Below, piece by piece: positions 14,441 to 26,528 of a DNA stretch of 64,000 bases. Position numbers and translations under genes: made by a program. The stretch is from the NCBI RefSeq assembly GCF_030684315.1, contig NC_081373.1, forward strand, positions 40,525,989 to 40,589,988, written 5' to 3'. Within the stretch, counting starts at the first letter, position 1. Each line of letters begins with the position of its first letter. Under the pieces are notes generated by a model. It searched no databases, was not told the DNA's origin, and saw only the letters and a program-made list of their open reading frames with translations. The DNA is from Stegostoma tigrinum (taxonomy: Eukaryota).

Positions 14441-14645
14441 CAAAACAGAAGTTGCTGGAAAAGCTCAGCAGGTCTGGCAGCATCTGTGAAGAAAAATCAG
14501 AGTTAACATTTTGGGTCCAGTGATTATTCCTTTGAACTGAGGAAGTTCCGAGGAAGGATCACCAGACCCGAAACGCTAACTCACATTTTTCTTCACAGAT
14601 GCTGCCAGACCTGCTGAGCTTTTCCAGCAACTTCTGTTTTTTGTT
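14441..14645. mobile_element. Palindromic mini-element of a second PLE terminal-repeat family
   Basis: Perfect 55-bp inverted repeat 14442-14496 / 14586-14640 enclosing two decayed, oppositely oriented hammerhead-like motifs. Confidence 0.8.
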
Positions 14646-14737
14646 CCTAATTAGCCTCAGTTCTTTCGGTTGTTAAACGACCCAGCCTGCTCACAATTAT
14701 TATTCAGCTTGAGCCACCGTAAAACATATTTAAATCA

Positions 14738-14845
<108 letters not shown>

Positions 14846-15300
14846 CTAAATAAATAACAAAATTGGAACAAAAATTACTACAATGTACTAAGAGTTTAAT
14901 ACCAAAGCTTGCAAAGTCAGTAACAGAAAAGTTGACCAAATGAACACATTCGTTCACCAGTAAAAATATTTAAAATGTTTCTCTGATAGTTCACGTTTGG
15001 AATACCCTCCATCATGATGTGTGGCAGTATCATTCTGCACAATGGGATAGATTTCAAACAGATTTAGCAACTCAAGACTGGGCATCTACATGGTACTGTG
15101 GGCCATCATTAGCAGAATTTTGCAACAACACAGTATGTATACTTGTGGCCTGGCATAACACCCACTACCATCAAGACCAGGGACCAGTCCTGGTTTAACA
15201 AAGACTGCAGGGGCATAAGCCAGGAGCAGCGCCAGGTATTTGTAAAAATGAGGTGTCATCTGCTGAAGCAACAGCACAGCACTATTTGCAGATCAAACAA

Positions 15301-15670
15301 TGAGGTGACCTTTTAGAAGCTTATAAAATCATGAGGGACATAGATAAGGTGAATAGCCAAGGTCTTTTTCCAAGGGTGAGTAAGTCTAAAACTGGAGGTG
15401 TAGGTTTAAGGTGGAAGAGGACAGATTTATAAAGGAACTGAGAGGCAAATCTTTCACACAGAGGGTGGTGCATGGATGGAATGAGCTGTGGGGAAGTGTT
15501 AGTGGTGGTAGCAGCTACATCATTTCAAAGACATTTGGACAAATACATGAAAAGGAAAGGCTTGGATTGATATGAACCAAACACAGGACTAGTTCAGTTT
15601 AGGATAACTGGTTCACATGGACGAGTTGGACCAAAGGGTCTGTTTCCGTGCTGTATGACTCTATGACTCT
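15301..15670 (+). mobile_element. CR1 LINE 3' end nested in an older LINE relic (about 15035-17230)
   Basis: RGDL.E.YKIMR..D.V remnant and tail ctgtatgactctatgactct; the host LINE reads QDKS...ANY.P.SL across the 16113-17160 PLE. Confidence 0.75.
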
Positions 15671-16112
15671 AACACCAGCCAACAAACCAGATCTAAGCTT
15701 TCCAGTCCTGCCATACATAGTTATGAATTGTGATGAACAATTAACAACTTACTGGAGCAGGACATTTACAAATATCCCAATCCTCGATGATGAGGATAAG
15801 GCCAAAAAGTTTGCAACAATCTTCAGCCAAAAGTATTGTCTGGATGGTCCATCACGGCCTCCAACAAAGCTAACCAACATCACAGATGCCAGTCTTCAGC
15901 CAATTCCATTCACTTCACTTATTTTAGAGAAACGGCTGAAGCACTTGACACTGCAAATGACATCTTTCTGGCACCTGTACTGAAGACTTATGTTCCAGAA
16001 TTAACTATGCCCCTAGCCAAGCTGTTCCGTACAACATACAGTACTATCCAACACTGTGGAAAATTGCCATGGTATCTCCTGCACACTGAAAAACAACAGG
16101 ATAAATCCAGTC

Positions 16113-17160
16113 AGAGATAATGGGAACTGCAGATGTTGGAGAATCCGAGATAACAAAGTGTGGAGCTGGATGAACTCAGCAGGCCAAGCAGCATCTTAGG
16201 AGCACAAAAGCTGACATTTCGGGCTTAGACCCTTCATCAGAAAAGGCGGATGGGGAGAGGATTCTGAAATAAATAGGGAGAGAGGGGGAGGCGGACTGAA
16301 GACAGATAGAGGAGAAGACAGGTGGAGAGGAGAGTATAGGTGGAGAGGTAGGGAGGAGATAGGTCAGTCCGGGGAGGGCAGACAGGTCAAGGAGACAGGG
16401 TGAGGTTAGTAGGTAGGAAATGGAGGCGCGGCTTGACGTGGGAGGAGGGGATAGGTGAGAGGATGAACAGGTTAGGCAGGCGGGGACGAGCTGGGCTGGT
16501 TTGGGGATGCAGTGGGGGAAGGGGAGATTTTGAAGCTGGTGAAATCCACATTGATACCATTAGGCTGCAGGGTTCCCAAGCAGAATATGAGTTGCTGTTC
16601 CTGCAACCTATGGGTGGCATCAATGTGGCACTGCAGGAGGCCCAGGATGGACATGTCATCTAAGGAATGGGAGGGGGAGTTAAAATGGTTCATGACTGGG
16701 AGGTGCAGTTGTTTATTGAGAACCAAGTGTAGGTGTTCTGCAAAGCGGTCCCCAAGCCTCCGCTTGGTTTCCCCAGTGTAGAGGAAGCCACCATGGATAC
16801 AGCGGATGCAGTATACCACATTGGTGGATATGCAGGTGAACATCTGCTTGATGTGGAAAGTCATCTTGGAGCCTGGGTAGGGGTGAGGGAGGAATTGTGG
16901 GGGCAAGAGTAGCACTTCCTGTGGTTGCAGGGGTAAGTGCCGGGTGTGGTGGGGTTGGAGGGGAGTGTGGAGCGGACAAGGGAGTCATGGAGAGAGTGGT
17001 CTCTCCAGAAGGCAGATTAGGGTGGGAATGGAAAAATGTCTTTAGTGGTGGCATCGGATTGTAGATGGCGGAAGTGTCGGAGGATGATGTGTTGTATCCG
17101 GAGGTTGGTGGGGTGGTAAGTGAGGACGAGGGGGATTCTCTTTGGGCGGTTATTGCGGGC
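16113..17160 (-). mobile_element. Penelope-like element, 5'-truncated (endonuclease + tailed terminal repeat)
   Basis: NVVYCIRCIHGGFLYTGETKRRLGDRFAEH frame; terminal repeat with hammerhead-like motif at ~16211-16241. Confidence 0.88.
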
Positions 17161-18699
17161 AGGCCAATTACCACCCTGTCAGTCTATTTGATCATACCAT
17201 AAAGTGATGAAAGAGTTCAATGTAATCATCAACAATGAAAAGATGCATGAACTATACTTTCTGTTCATTTTTAAAAGACAGCAAGAAGCTGTTTAGTGAT
17301 AGGAGATCCAACAGAGTCCATTACAAAGACATTGAACCTGCTGCAAGTCACTTAAGCACTCAAACAGTAATATCCTGAAACAGGGAGAAGGACACTCCCT
17401 AGCCTATTCCAATTTCAAGCACACTGAGAACTAAATTCATGAGAAATTTGACTACAGCAAGCCTCGCAGATTCCCAAGAATCCTTTACATTACAAGAATG
17501 TCACCCTAGCTAAAGCATACATTTATCTAAGGAACTACAAGTCTGTCACAAAAGAAAAACAAAGACAATTATGCTCTGCAATTGCTTCGTCCTTTTTTAT
17601 CAATCTGCTTCCATTTGAGTGAATGATTATATCAGACAAATGAGTTAGATGTCACATTTATAAACCTCAAGAGCAATTAGGGGTTATTTAAAAACACTCA
17701 GGCCTCATATGCAAAACCCATTGATCCCTGGAAGTAAGAAAATACATATCCTCTGTCCGTGACAGCCAAAATATGCTTAAAATTAATGGCTTAATGCTTC
17801 CACTGAATAGTAGAGATTGTGAAAACACCTCTAAGTAATCAGAGCAGGTGAGTTTTTAGGCTTTGTTATCACTTGGAAACAAATAGCACCTTCAATACGT
17901 TTAGTGATAGTTATATATTAAGGATATTGTTGAATATTATCCATTGTGAACTCAGTTGCAACTAGCTAAGGTTCATAAAGAGTAGTTTCAGCAGTTTTAG
18001 CTTTTTTTGGATTAAATTCCTAGAAACATGCAGAAGGTGTATTTTTTTTAAACTGCAGCATATGTTATAGGTAAGACAGCATTAGAACAGTATGGAACAA
18101 AACACAACTGGAACAAGAACAGATGCCTCATTAAATCAACGCTGGTGCTCAGACAAATATCAAGAAGTCTTGAAAATTTGAGATTGGGTCACAATGGGCA
18201 GGGAACCAGTTTCATTTTTGCAAAGAAATGCTCCAGTAACCCTTGCTCAGCAAACAATGATTAAATCCATATTTGATCTTTGGAATACAAAGCCAGAATA
18301 AAAGCAACTTGTACTGATTAGCAGTCACATGTGCACAAATGTATAGAACATTGCTGCCATTATGTATAGACCATTTGGACAAATGCCAAATACCAAATGA
18401 AGTTATTTTGCACTGATATTTATTTTGTTTAAGCTCTAGCAACTCTCATAGAACTGCTGTAGTTACAATGTTATACAGAACAGACAGTTTGCCTTGGCCT
18501 CTTACAATAGATGGAGCTTAGATATTTCCCTTCAAGAAATCAATGGACTGCACAACATTTGGCCATACTGCATAAACTCCATTATTAGGTGAGTTGTGTA
18601 GGATTGTAATAACGAAAAGAAAATGAGGAAAGTATAATTGTGTTTCCCTCAACTTTTTGAGGTATAGGTTGCATCTTAGAAAGAAAGCATTGGCATTTA

Positions 18700-19020
18700 G
18701 AAGGTACTATTCATGACCTTAGCAAACCTCAAAGCTCTTTACAGTTGATGAAGAATGTATGAAACACACGCCATGCTGTAAGAAACAAATCAGCCAAAGT
18801 GTGCACAGTAAGCTCCGAAAAACAGAAATGTGATCACAGCCAGATAATCTGTTTTAGAAATGTTGATTGAAGAATGGATATTGGCTGTGCGTCAGGGTGA
18901 AATCCCATGCTGTGATCCGGTACCATGGGATATTTCGTGATCACACGAGAAAGAAGAGAGGACTTCACTTTAATGTCTTAAAGGCAGCATCCCCAATAGT
19001 GCAGTGCCCCGGCATATTTA
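18700..19020 (-). mobile_element. Ancient Deu-domain SINE (SacSINE1/AmnSINE-like) relic
   Basis: ccatgggatatttcgtgatcacacgaga...tttaatgtctta.aaggcagcatcccc.atagtgcagtgc resembles the reverse Deu domain. Confidence 0.55.
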
Positions 19021-19344
19021 ACAATTCGACAATACTGATTTTAGCATCTGACAAACGTTTTATTGTGAACGAACGATTGTGAAGCAATTCCTCAGGTTGG
19101 CTCTTGCTTTGCCTGTGTTGCCTTTCAATTAATGCAATATGATTCCTGATTACACATGACACCAGTGTAGTAGGAGCAGGTCTGAGGAATTACCCGACAA
19201 ATATTTGCTTCAGTCAAAAAGTTCAAAACAGGTTGACCGCAAGAGAGAGCAATCTAATGTCAACAACAACTATGCATCCGATGTGAAGAATCTCGGTGAA
19301 GATTTTTCAGATGGCAGGACTTTAATTCCCTCCACCTGAACAGT

Positions 19345-19875
19345 CAGCAATATCTGGGCCCTGTATCTAAGGAAGGATGTGTTGGCCTTCTATGGGGTCC
19401 CTAGGTTTACAAGAATGATCCTGGGGATGGAGAGTTTGTCATAGGTGAAGTGGTTGAGGACTCTGGATCTGTAACTGACGGAGTTTAGAAGATTGAGAGG
19501 GAGATCTGAGTGAAACTTACAAGATAGTGAGAGGCCTAGGTAGAGTGTGTGTGGAGAAGATGTTTCTACAAGTAGGAGAAACTAGAACTTGAGGAGTCAG
19601 CCACAAAGTGAAGGGGCTACCCTTTACAATTGAGATGAAGAAGAATTTCTTCAGCCAGAAAGTGGTGAAGTTGTAGAATTCATTGCCACAAAAGGCTGTG
19701 GAGGTCAAATTATTGAGTATATTTAAGACAGAGATAGATAAGTTCTTGATTAGTAAGGGGATCAAGGGATAAGGGGATAGGGCAGGAGAATGGGGTTGAG
19801 AAACATATCAACCATGATTGAATGGCAGAGCGGGCGTGATGGGCCAAATGGCCTAACTCTCCTCTTATATCTAAC
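19345..19875 (+). mobile_element. CR1 LINE 3' end
   Basis: YLRKDVLA...FTRMI.G, EFRRLRGDL.ETYKI, NFFSQ.VV remnants and 3' UTR. Confidence 0.8.
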
Positions 19876-20829
19876 ATTTTATATGCACTGAGTTATGCTT
19901 AGATTCTTTAAAAATAGATTTAAAATGTAAGACTTCTTTGCACTGTTCTTCATGAGTGACTGTGATTATGTAAATAGTTAATATTGATTGTCTAAATTAT
20001 GCAGGCATGTTCATCTGAAAACATCAGATTCTCTCACGTCCACCCAGCCAAGTTAAACTCTGCTTAATTGAAAAGACCTACAGCTGCCTGTAGTGCCTGC
20101 TGCTGAAACTTCATTGACATCCTAGAAGGGCCTATAACAGTACATTTAGAATTTAACATTAAAATAACCAGTTTCATAGCCCTGAATTTTCAAAGAAGGA
20201 TTTCACTATTTCACACCAAAGTATAGAAAGATACAACCACCTCAGCTTCTGACATTAGTTTGCATTGGATTACATAACTTTGTTTGTATGGGTCTATACT
20301 TACTCATCCAAAAATGAAAAAATATTGTGATTTAGTGAAAGAAAAACCCAGGTTTATTTTCAATTAGATTTTTAGAAATCCTTTTGCCCCTGAAGAGAGT
20401 GTGCATACATGGTGCATCATCCACCTTGCATGCAGACCCAGCACATCTGAGCATATTGGCCCAAGCAGATTTGGCATCGCATTCTCAGCTTCACAAAAGA
20501 TCATTTGTTGATCTACAGCCATGCTTCAAATGTGTATTAGCATCGTTACTTTCCGCAAAATTGTTATAATTACACAGGAGAATCCACCGAAAATGTATCT
20601 CCCCATAGTTTGAAGTGTATCAATATAGAAATGTCATTGGGAAGCCTCCCCATTGGTCTTTATAGAACAATACTTGTTCAGGCTTCTCTTCAGTTCTTCC
20701 TTTTACTTAGGTCAAATTAATTTAAAGATAATACAACATATTTTTGACTATTTATTGTTGTTTTCTGTAATTATTGCTTCTTTATCTTTCCACTTCCAGC
20801 ACAATATTCAAGTTGCCACTAACTGAAAT

Positions 20830-21270
20830 TCATGACAACAGCACACAGCATGGGTATTCCTCATGATCCCCAGTTCTAAAGGTACAATTAGTGGTACATG
20901 GGTATGATCCAATTGCCACTGAGAAACATGGCTGCAAGGTGACCAGGACTGGGAATATACAAGGATACCTGACATTTGGGAAGGTCACAAAAGAAGAAAA
21001 AGGAGGTTGAGTTCTGCTAATAATAAGGGATAATATCATAATGTTCATAAGGAGGAATCTCACAACAGAAGAACAATGTGGGGAATCTGTTTGGGTGGAT
21101 CCAGGGAACAGCAAGGGCCAACACATTGGTTATAGATTTTTATAGACCAGCCAATAGCAACGGTAGCATGGCCTGGTATGAATGAGGAGATGACAAAACC
21201 TTGTAGCTTCAGCAACAGAGTCAATAGACAGCATACTCTTTTAGATCTATTATTGTATAATGAAAAAGGG
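20830..21270 (+). mobile_element. CR1 LINE endonuclease fragment
   Basis: YD.IA.ETWLQGDQDW..QGY, KGG..L.I, ES.WV, YRP.NS remnants. Confidence 0.65.
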
Positions 21271-21863
21271 CTTAAATATCCTTCTCTCCAAGGAAAAGAG
21301 ATTCAACAGCTCCAATCTCTCTTTACAAGAAAGTTTCTCATCCCTAGAACCTTCCTCATAATTTTTTTTCTGTACTGAGCTCCCTAGCTGTCCTTCTATT
21401 TAAACACACTCAGGTGAATGCCTTGTTCAAGTCTTTGCATTGGTCATTGACATGGGAAACCCTGCAGCATTATCATAGCCGCAGGTCTGGGACCATTCCA
21501 ATGTCAATGAGGTATGAGGTAACGGATGGGGTCATTCAAGTCACACTTGTAATACGGGCCGACTCTTTCAAATCATCAAGCATTTTGTTCCAAGAGAAGG
21601 GGAGCGTGTACTCAGCACTGAGACTGAAGGATCATTAGATAATAAACAGGGTAACACCATTTGTTGTGTTGAAATGGACCAATCACCAACACCCTTTTCT
21701 TTTTGGCGATAATTTAACCTTCTGTATGTAATAATTTAACTGCCAAAATATACATTGCATGGAGGTTCCGACAACACCCTTTTGACTAGAGACCATACCT
21801 TGGCACCAGGGACAGGCATGTCAACGCTAGCCGGAAGCTGGGCTCTTGATGTTACAAGATGAT

Positions 21864-23640
21864 TCACCTGTTGCTGAAAATTTGCAGGAGCTCAAGCCTG
21901 AGGGATATTGTTAGCCTGGAAATACGCTGTGAGAAAGATTTGTACCTTTTAATATTAAGGACGCCCATCAATGTGTTATTGAGCTCCAGCCACTTCCCTC
22001 TTGCTCCCAGAACAAATCCAAAATATTTAGGCTCGAGACTTCCCATCAATTTTTGTAATTGCAGATTGAGATGTGATACTTTTGACTTTTTTTCCTCCCA
22101 CACCATCTCAAGCACCTTGTTATCACCTTCGTTATGAATGGTAACATGTGCCACTGCTATCTTGCTTTCTTTCTTGAAAATGATATCAGGCTTCCAAACA
22201 GAATGATCCAAAACCACCAATCTTGGTTGTTGGTAAGCTGTCCAGACCTAGTGACATACAGGTGTTATTGGTCTGATATCTTATTGTGGCATTTAATTCT
22301 TGCATCCTTGACAAATGGGCACTCTCTCCCCACGCTGCATATTGATCGGCTAGTTTTACTTCGCTTCACGCTTGGTCTCCCCATATGGGCATGAATTCCT
22401 CGATGCTGTCTGTAAGACCTCTTCCTTCTTTGCTGCACTGTTGCGTGCTTGGCAGGAAATCATTTATTTCCTTGAGGATTTTGATCTCTCTCAATCCTTT
22501 AATCTTATCGGCATTATTTTCGCCCCGGAACTGGAAGGAGGCTTCTGATGACAACATCATTGGACATGTCCAATGCTACACATTTCCTACTTACACTTTA
22601 AGTTGGACAAACCCACCATTCCTGTTGCTGCAGTACAGGATGTTGTCAGTAGTATGGGGCAGGAGGTGTAGGAATTCCTTCATGGAGTTGCAGGTGACTT
22701 GGTCCAACTTAACCCATTTCTGAAGAAGGGTCCCAACCTGAAACACCAACTTTCCTGCTCCTCTGATGCTGCATGGCCTGCTCTGCTCCTGCATCTCCAC
22801 ACTGTGTTACCTCTGACTCCAGCATCTGCACTTCTTACTATCTCCAGTTTAACAAGCGTGTTTTGTGACACTTTGGAGAGGATCAAGTGAAAGTACAATC
22901 TAGGGATGACTTGGGTTTTGAGTATTTCCACCCTCTGCATGGGACAAACAGCCACTATCTGAAGGCTGTTCAACTATGTTTTCAGCTTCTCCTCCCATTC
23001 ACCTTCTGCACGCCTGCCCATGGGTCTATCTGGGAACCAAGGTAGCTTTCGGTGTCACCAGGATGGATATAGGCAGCAGGTTTGTTCCTCAGCTGTAACC
23101 ATCTCTTTTTCACTCCAGTGTTAACCACATGATTTCAAACTGCCTTTTATCCTTCTTACCAGCGGCAGGATCTTGCTACTCTTTGGGGGGCTTGCCCCTG
23201 GTCATTAGTAGTTCAGTGATACTCTTCATTAGCTCAATCCCCAGAAACCAACTTTCAGGCTCATCCCCAGCATCCAGGGGTCCTTCAGCTTGAGTCAGCT
23301 GGTCATCAACATCCCTATGAGTTGAGATGGAAGTTGGAGGTCTAGGGACTTTTCCAGAATGCGGTGCTGTTTTCTTGGGGTGGCCGACTTCCCCTTGAGG
23401 TTTGGTTTCCGGGGCACAGTCTGATGGAGCATCTTTCGCTGCTTCCATGGCCTCCATCTGGGTGTTCTGCAAAGCCCTGCATTTGCCGGAGATTTGTTTT
23501 GCAGTTTTTGATTTAAGGATGCTTGCTATTTCCATATTAATGTATCTGCATCCAGCAAATCTCATTTCCAGCTTTCTGAGGAGTGCAACCTCTTCCTCAG
23601 GCCATAGGTAGGCTCTCCTCCTCAACTTTCACGTAATTTC
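21864..23640 (-). mobile_element. R2-like non-LTR retrotransposon relic (restriction-like endonuclease class), internally deleted; 3' UTR probably extends below 21864
   Basis: Domain order on the minus strand: Myb (WPEEEVALLRKLEMRFAGCRYINMEIASILKSKTAKQIS), late RT (GDTESYLGSQIDPW), thumb (PMQRVEILKTQVIPRL...KEFLHL...ILY.SNRNGG), CCHC tail (GECPFVKDARIKCHNKI), endonuclease (KPDIIF...VT...K..K...GFVLGARGKW). Confidence 0.85.
22714..22842 (+). mobile_element. Solo PLE terminal-repeat fragment inserted in the R2 relic
   Basis: ctgaagaagggtcccaacctgaaac...tail; imperfect TSD tccaacttaac (22703-22713) / tccagtttaac (22843-22853), duplicating the R2 codons VKL. Confidence 0.8.
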
Positions 23641-24090
23641 CAACATTTGAAGGTGTTTCTCTTTCCTCAATATACTAGAGCTCTTTGAAGAGCTAACAGA
23701 GAGGGTTGATAATGGTAATGTAGTTATTTTTATTATTTACTCATTTGTGGGATGTGGGCATCGCTGGCTGGCCAGCATTTCTTGCTCATCCCTAGTTGCC
23801 CTTGAGAAGGTGGCAGAGAGCTGCCTTCTTGAACCGCTGCAGTCCACCCTACTCCTACTCTCACCACACTTTTACTGTTGATGTGTCAACATAATACTTT
23901 ATCTTTGCTGCCAGTCTTTTTTTCCATAATCCCTCATTATTTGCTTTATTTGACTTTTTTAACTTCCTTTCTGAACACTTTATATTCCTCTCAGTTCTCA
24001 CTTGTATTTTCTACCTGACACCTCTCACAAGCTTACATTCTCTCTTTGTCTTAAGTGCTTCCTCCTTTTTCAGTAGGAAACTCTAGATTT

Positions 24091-24434
24091 CATAGAATCA
24101 GTTGTAGAATCCCTGAGAATCCATAGAGGGCATTTGCCCCATTGAGTCCAAACCAAACATCTGAAGAGCATCCGACTCAGCTCCTGACCTTATTTCCATC
24201 GCCCTACTTTCCTCATGGTTAATCCACCTAGCCTGCACATCCTGAACAATATTGTACAATTTAGTATGGTCAATCGACCTAACCTGCACATCTTTAGACT
24301 GTGAATGAAAACCCATGCCAACACAGGAAGACATGCAAACTTCACACCGACAGGCAGTCACCAAAGGCTGGATTCAAACCTGGTTCCCTGGTGCTGTGAG
24401 GCAGCAGTGCCAACCATTGAGCTACCATGCTCCC
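24091..24434 (-). mobile_element. HE1-type tRNA-derived SINE (V-SINE)
   Basis: A/B-box head, central tgtgaagtttgcatgt domain, CR1-like tail. Confidence 0.75.
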
Positions 24435-24849
24435 AATTTGTTTTGCCAACTTTGCCCTTCTAAAGTAATATTCCTTGACTGCATCTGGCCCATCATTTCT
24501 ATAGATGTAGCCCATTGATCAGCTATAGTTTCCTTTGCCAACCTTTGCTCCACTTTATCCAGCCAGTTCTATTCTTGCCCCATAGAAGTTAGTTCTCCCT
24601 TAGTTAATTAATTATTCTTACTCTGAAATGTCCATGGCTATGCCATGCTGTTGCTTGACTTGTCTATGAGACAGCTCTCTCAATATTGGCACAAGCCCCA
24701 TGATATAAATAAGGAGGACTTTGCATGTACTGATAGGGCTGTATTTACCATTGTTGTTTCAGGTCCACACAATTTCATTTCCTTTTTGACACTTGACTAA
24801 CTTCTCTGTTTTGAATTTACTTTCTCTCTCACTCTATATGTATGACATG

Positions 24850-25700
24850 TTTGAGATTGTCCCATAAAAGGGAATATCTGTTCAATGTCTATCTTATCAA
24901 ATCACTTTTAGTTTTAGAAATTTCATTTACCTCAATCAGATTCTCCCCTTATTCTTCTGAACTCCAATGAGTACAAGTTGAAGCTATTGACAGCCCTTTT
25001 GTTTCTGGAACCAACTTTGTGAGCCTCCTCTGAACTGCCTCCAGTGCCACCATATTCCTTCCTCAAGTAAGGAGACCAAAACTGGATACAATATTCCAGA
25101 TGTGGTCTCACCAACTCTTTACATATTTGGAATAACACATTACTTTTATAATTCAATCCTTTTGCAATAAATGCCAACTGGAGACCTGTCTATGCCTCAA
25201 AAATGACTATCTATTCCCCTAACTAATGAATCCCCTTTCTGCACAGTACTACTGTTACTCCACTCATCTTGATTCCCTCCAGTACAGATGGTTTACAGTG
25301 GTGCCACTGGCCTGGCATTGCTGCACTTCTCTGTGGAACCAATGCCAATCCCAGAATCCACAATGGAAAACTAATTCTCCAGTGGGACCTCAGAGGATTC
25401 TCATATGACCTGCTGGTACTCGTGAACTGTCTGGTGGTCTCCCGTTCCCCATCTGCCTGCATAAACCTAACTTGTCGTGTGGCCACCTTTTTGAACATAG
25501 TATCCATAAAACTCCCAACATTGCAAATGCACCATAGTGAAGTCTATTCACTAATTGATTCCTGACCATAGGGCTCAGGTTTCTGCAGTTGAAGACACTT
25601 CTTCCACATATCTTCATCGGCAGTTATGTGGAATGTTCACAATTGCTCACATACCACAGGATGGGCATTCCTCATGGCTGAGCTGCCCTGCGATAACTTA
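24850..25700 (-). mobile_element. CR1 LINE fragments (ORF1 N-terminus ~25180-25695; ORF2 C-terminus ~24850-25180)
   Basis: LVRPHLEYCIQFWSPYLRK; ORF1-like AGQLS.EECPSC.M...KCLQLQ. Confidence 0.65.
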
Positions 25701-26449
25701 AGCTTACTTCATACAATTAACTATTAAGTGGTTAGAGATCAGGGAGCCCTACTTTGTCATATGATGTCACACTTTTTTTTAGAACATACAGCTCTTACAT
25801 GTACCTTTTCAACTCCTGGTCTCCTAAATAGTGACAAAGATAGAAAAAGAAAAAAAAACTCTCTCCCTTCATCACCAAACTTGCAATGACTCGACTCCAC
25901 CTCAGTACACTCCATGCATTGCACTAAATTTCTGTTCTTTATTCCACAGAGTTTCAGATGAGATTCTACTAGCTGGCAGTTGAGGAAGCTGACATGAGAT
26001 TTCCTTAATTAACTATTCTCATCATTTCTGCAGCAGAGAGCTTGATTAGCCCATCCAGTCCTGAAAGAAGTTTAAAACTTAAAAGCAGTAAATTCATTTA
26101 AAATCCTAATTGCAAACCAGCAAAACCAGATTTAAGAAAACAGGAATTATACCTTAAAGTTTAAAATTACTATTATTCACCACCACAGTATCCAATACAA
26201 AAGAATACAATCGTCTAATACTAGAGTTTGATCAAAACACTAGAAAATGAGCTCCAGACAAATAGTTTTGCTCAATTCAATGGAAGTCATCATTACATTA
26301 AACCTTTGAGACACTTCTTTGGTTCATTTTAAAGCATTGCACGTAATGTTTTCCAGATAAGGCAGTCCTTGGTTCCCGATGACGTCAACAAAAGAGGTTG
26401 TGGAGCCTGTACCATGTGGCTGGATTTTCTGAAACACAATATCTCATAG

Positions 26450-26528
26450 TCTAGGCCCAAAACATTAGCCTTCCTGCTCCTCTGATGCTGCTTGGCCTGC
26501 TGTGTTCATCCAGCCCTATGCCTTGCTG
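26450..26528 (+). mobile_element. Solo tail-less PLE terminal fragment
   Basis: Begins inside the hammerhead stem II; TSD tctcatag at 26442-26449 and 26529-26536. Confidence 0.75.
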
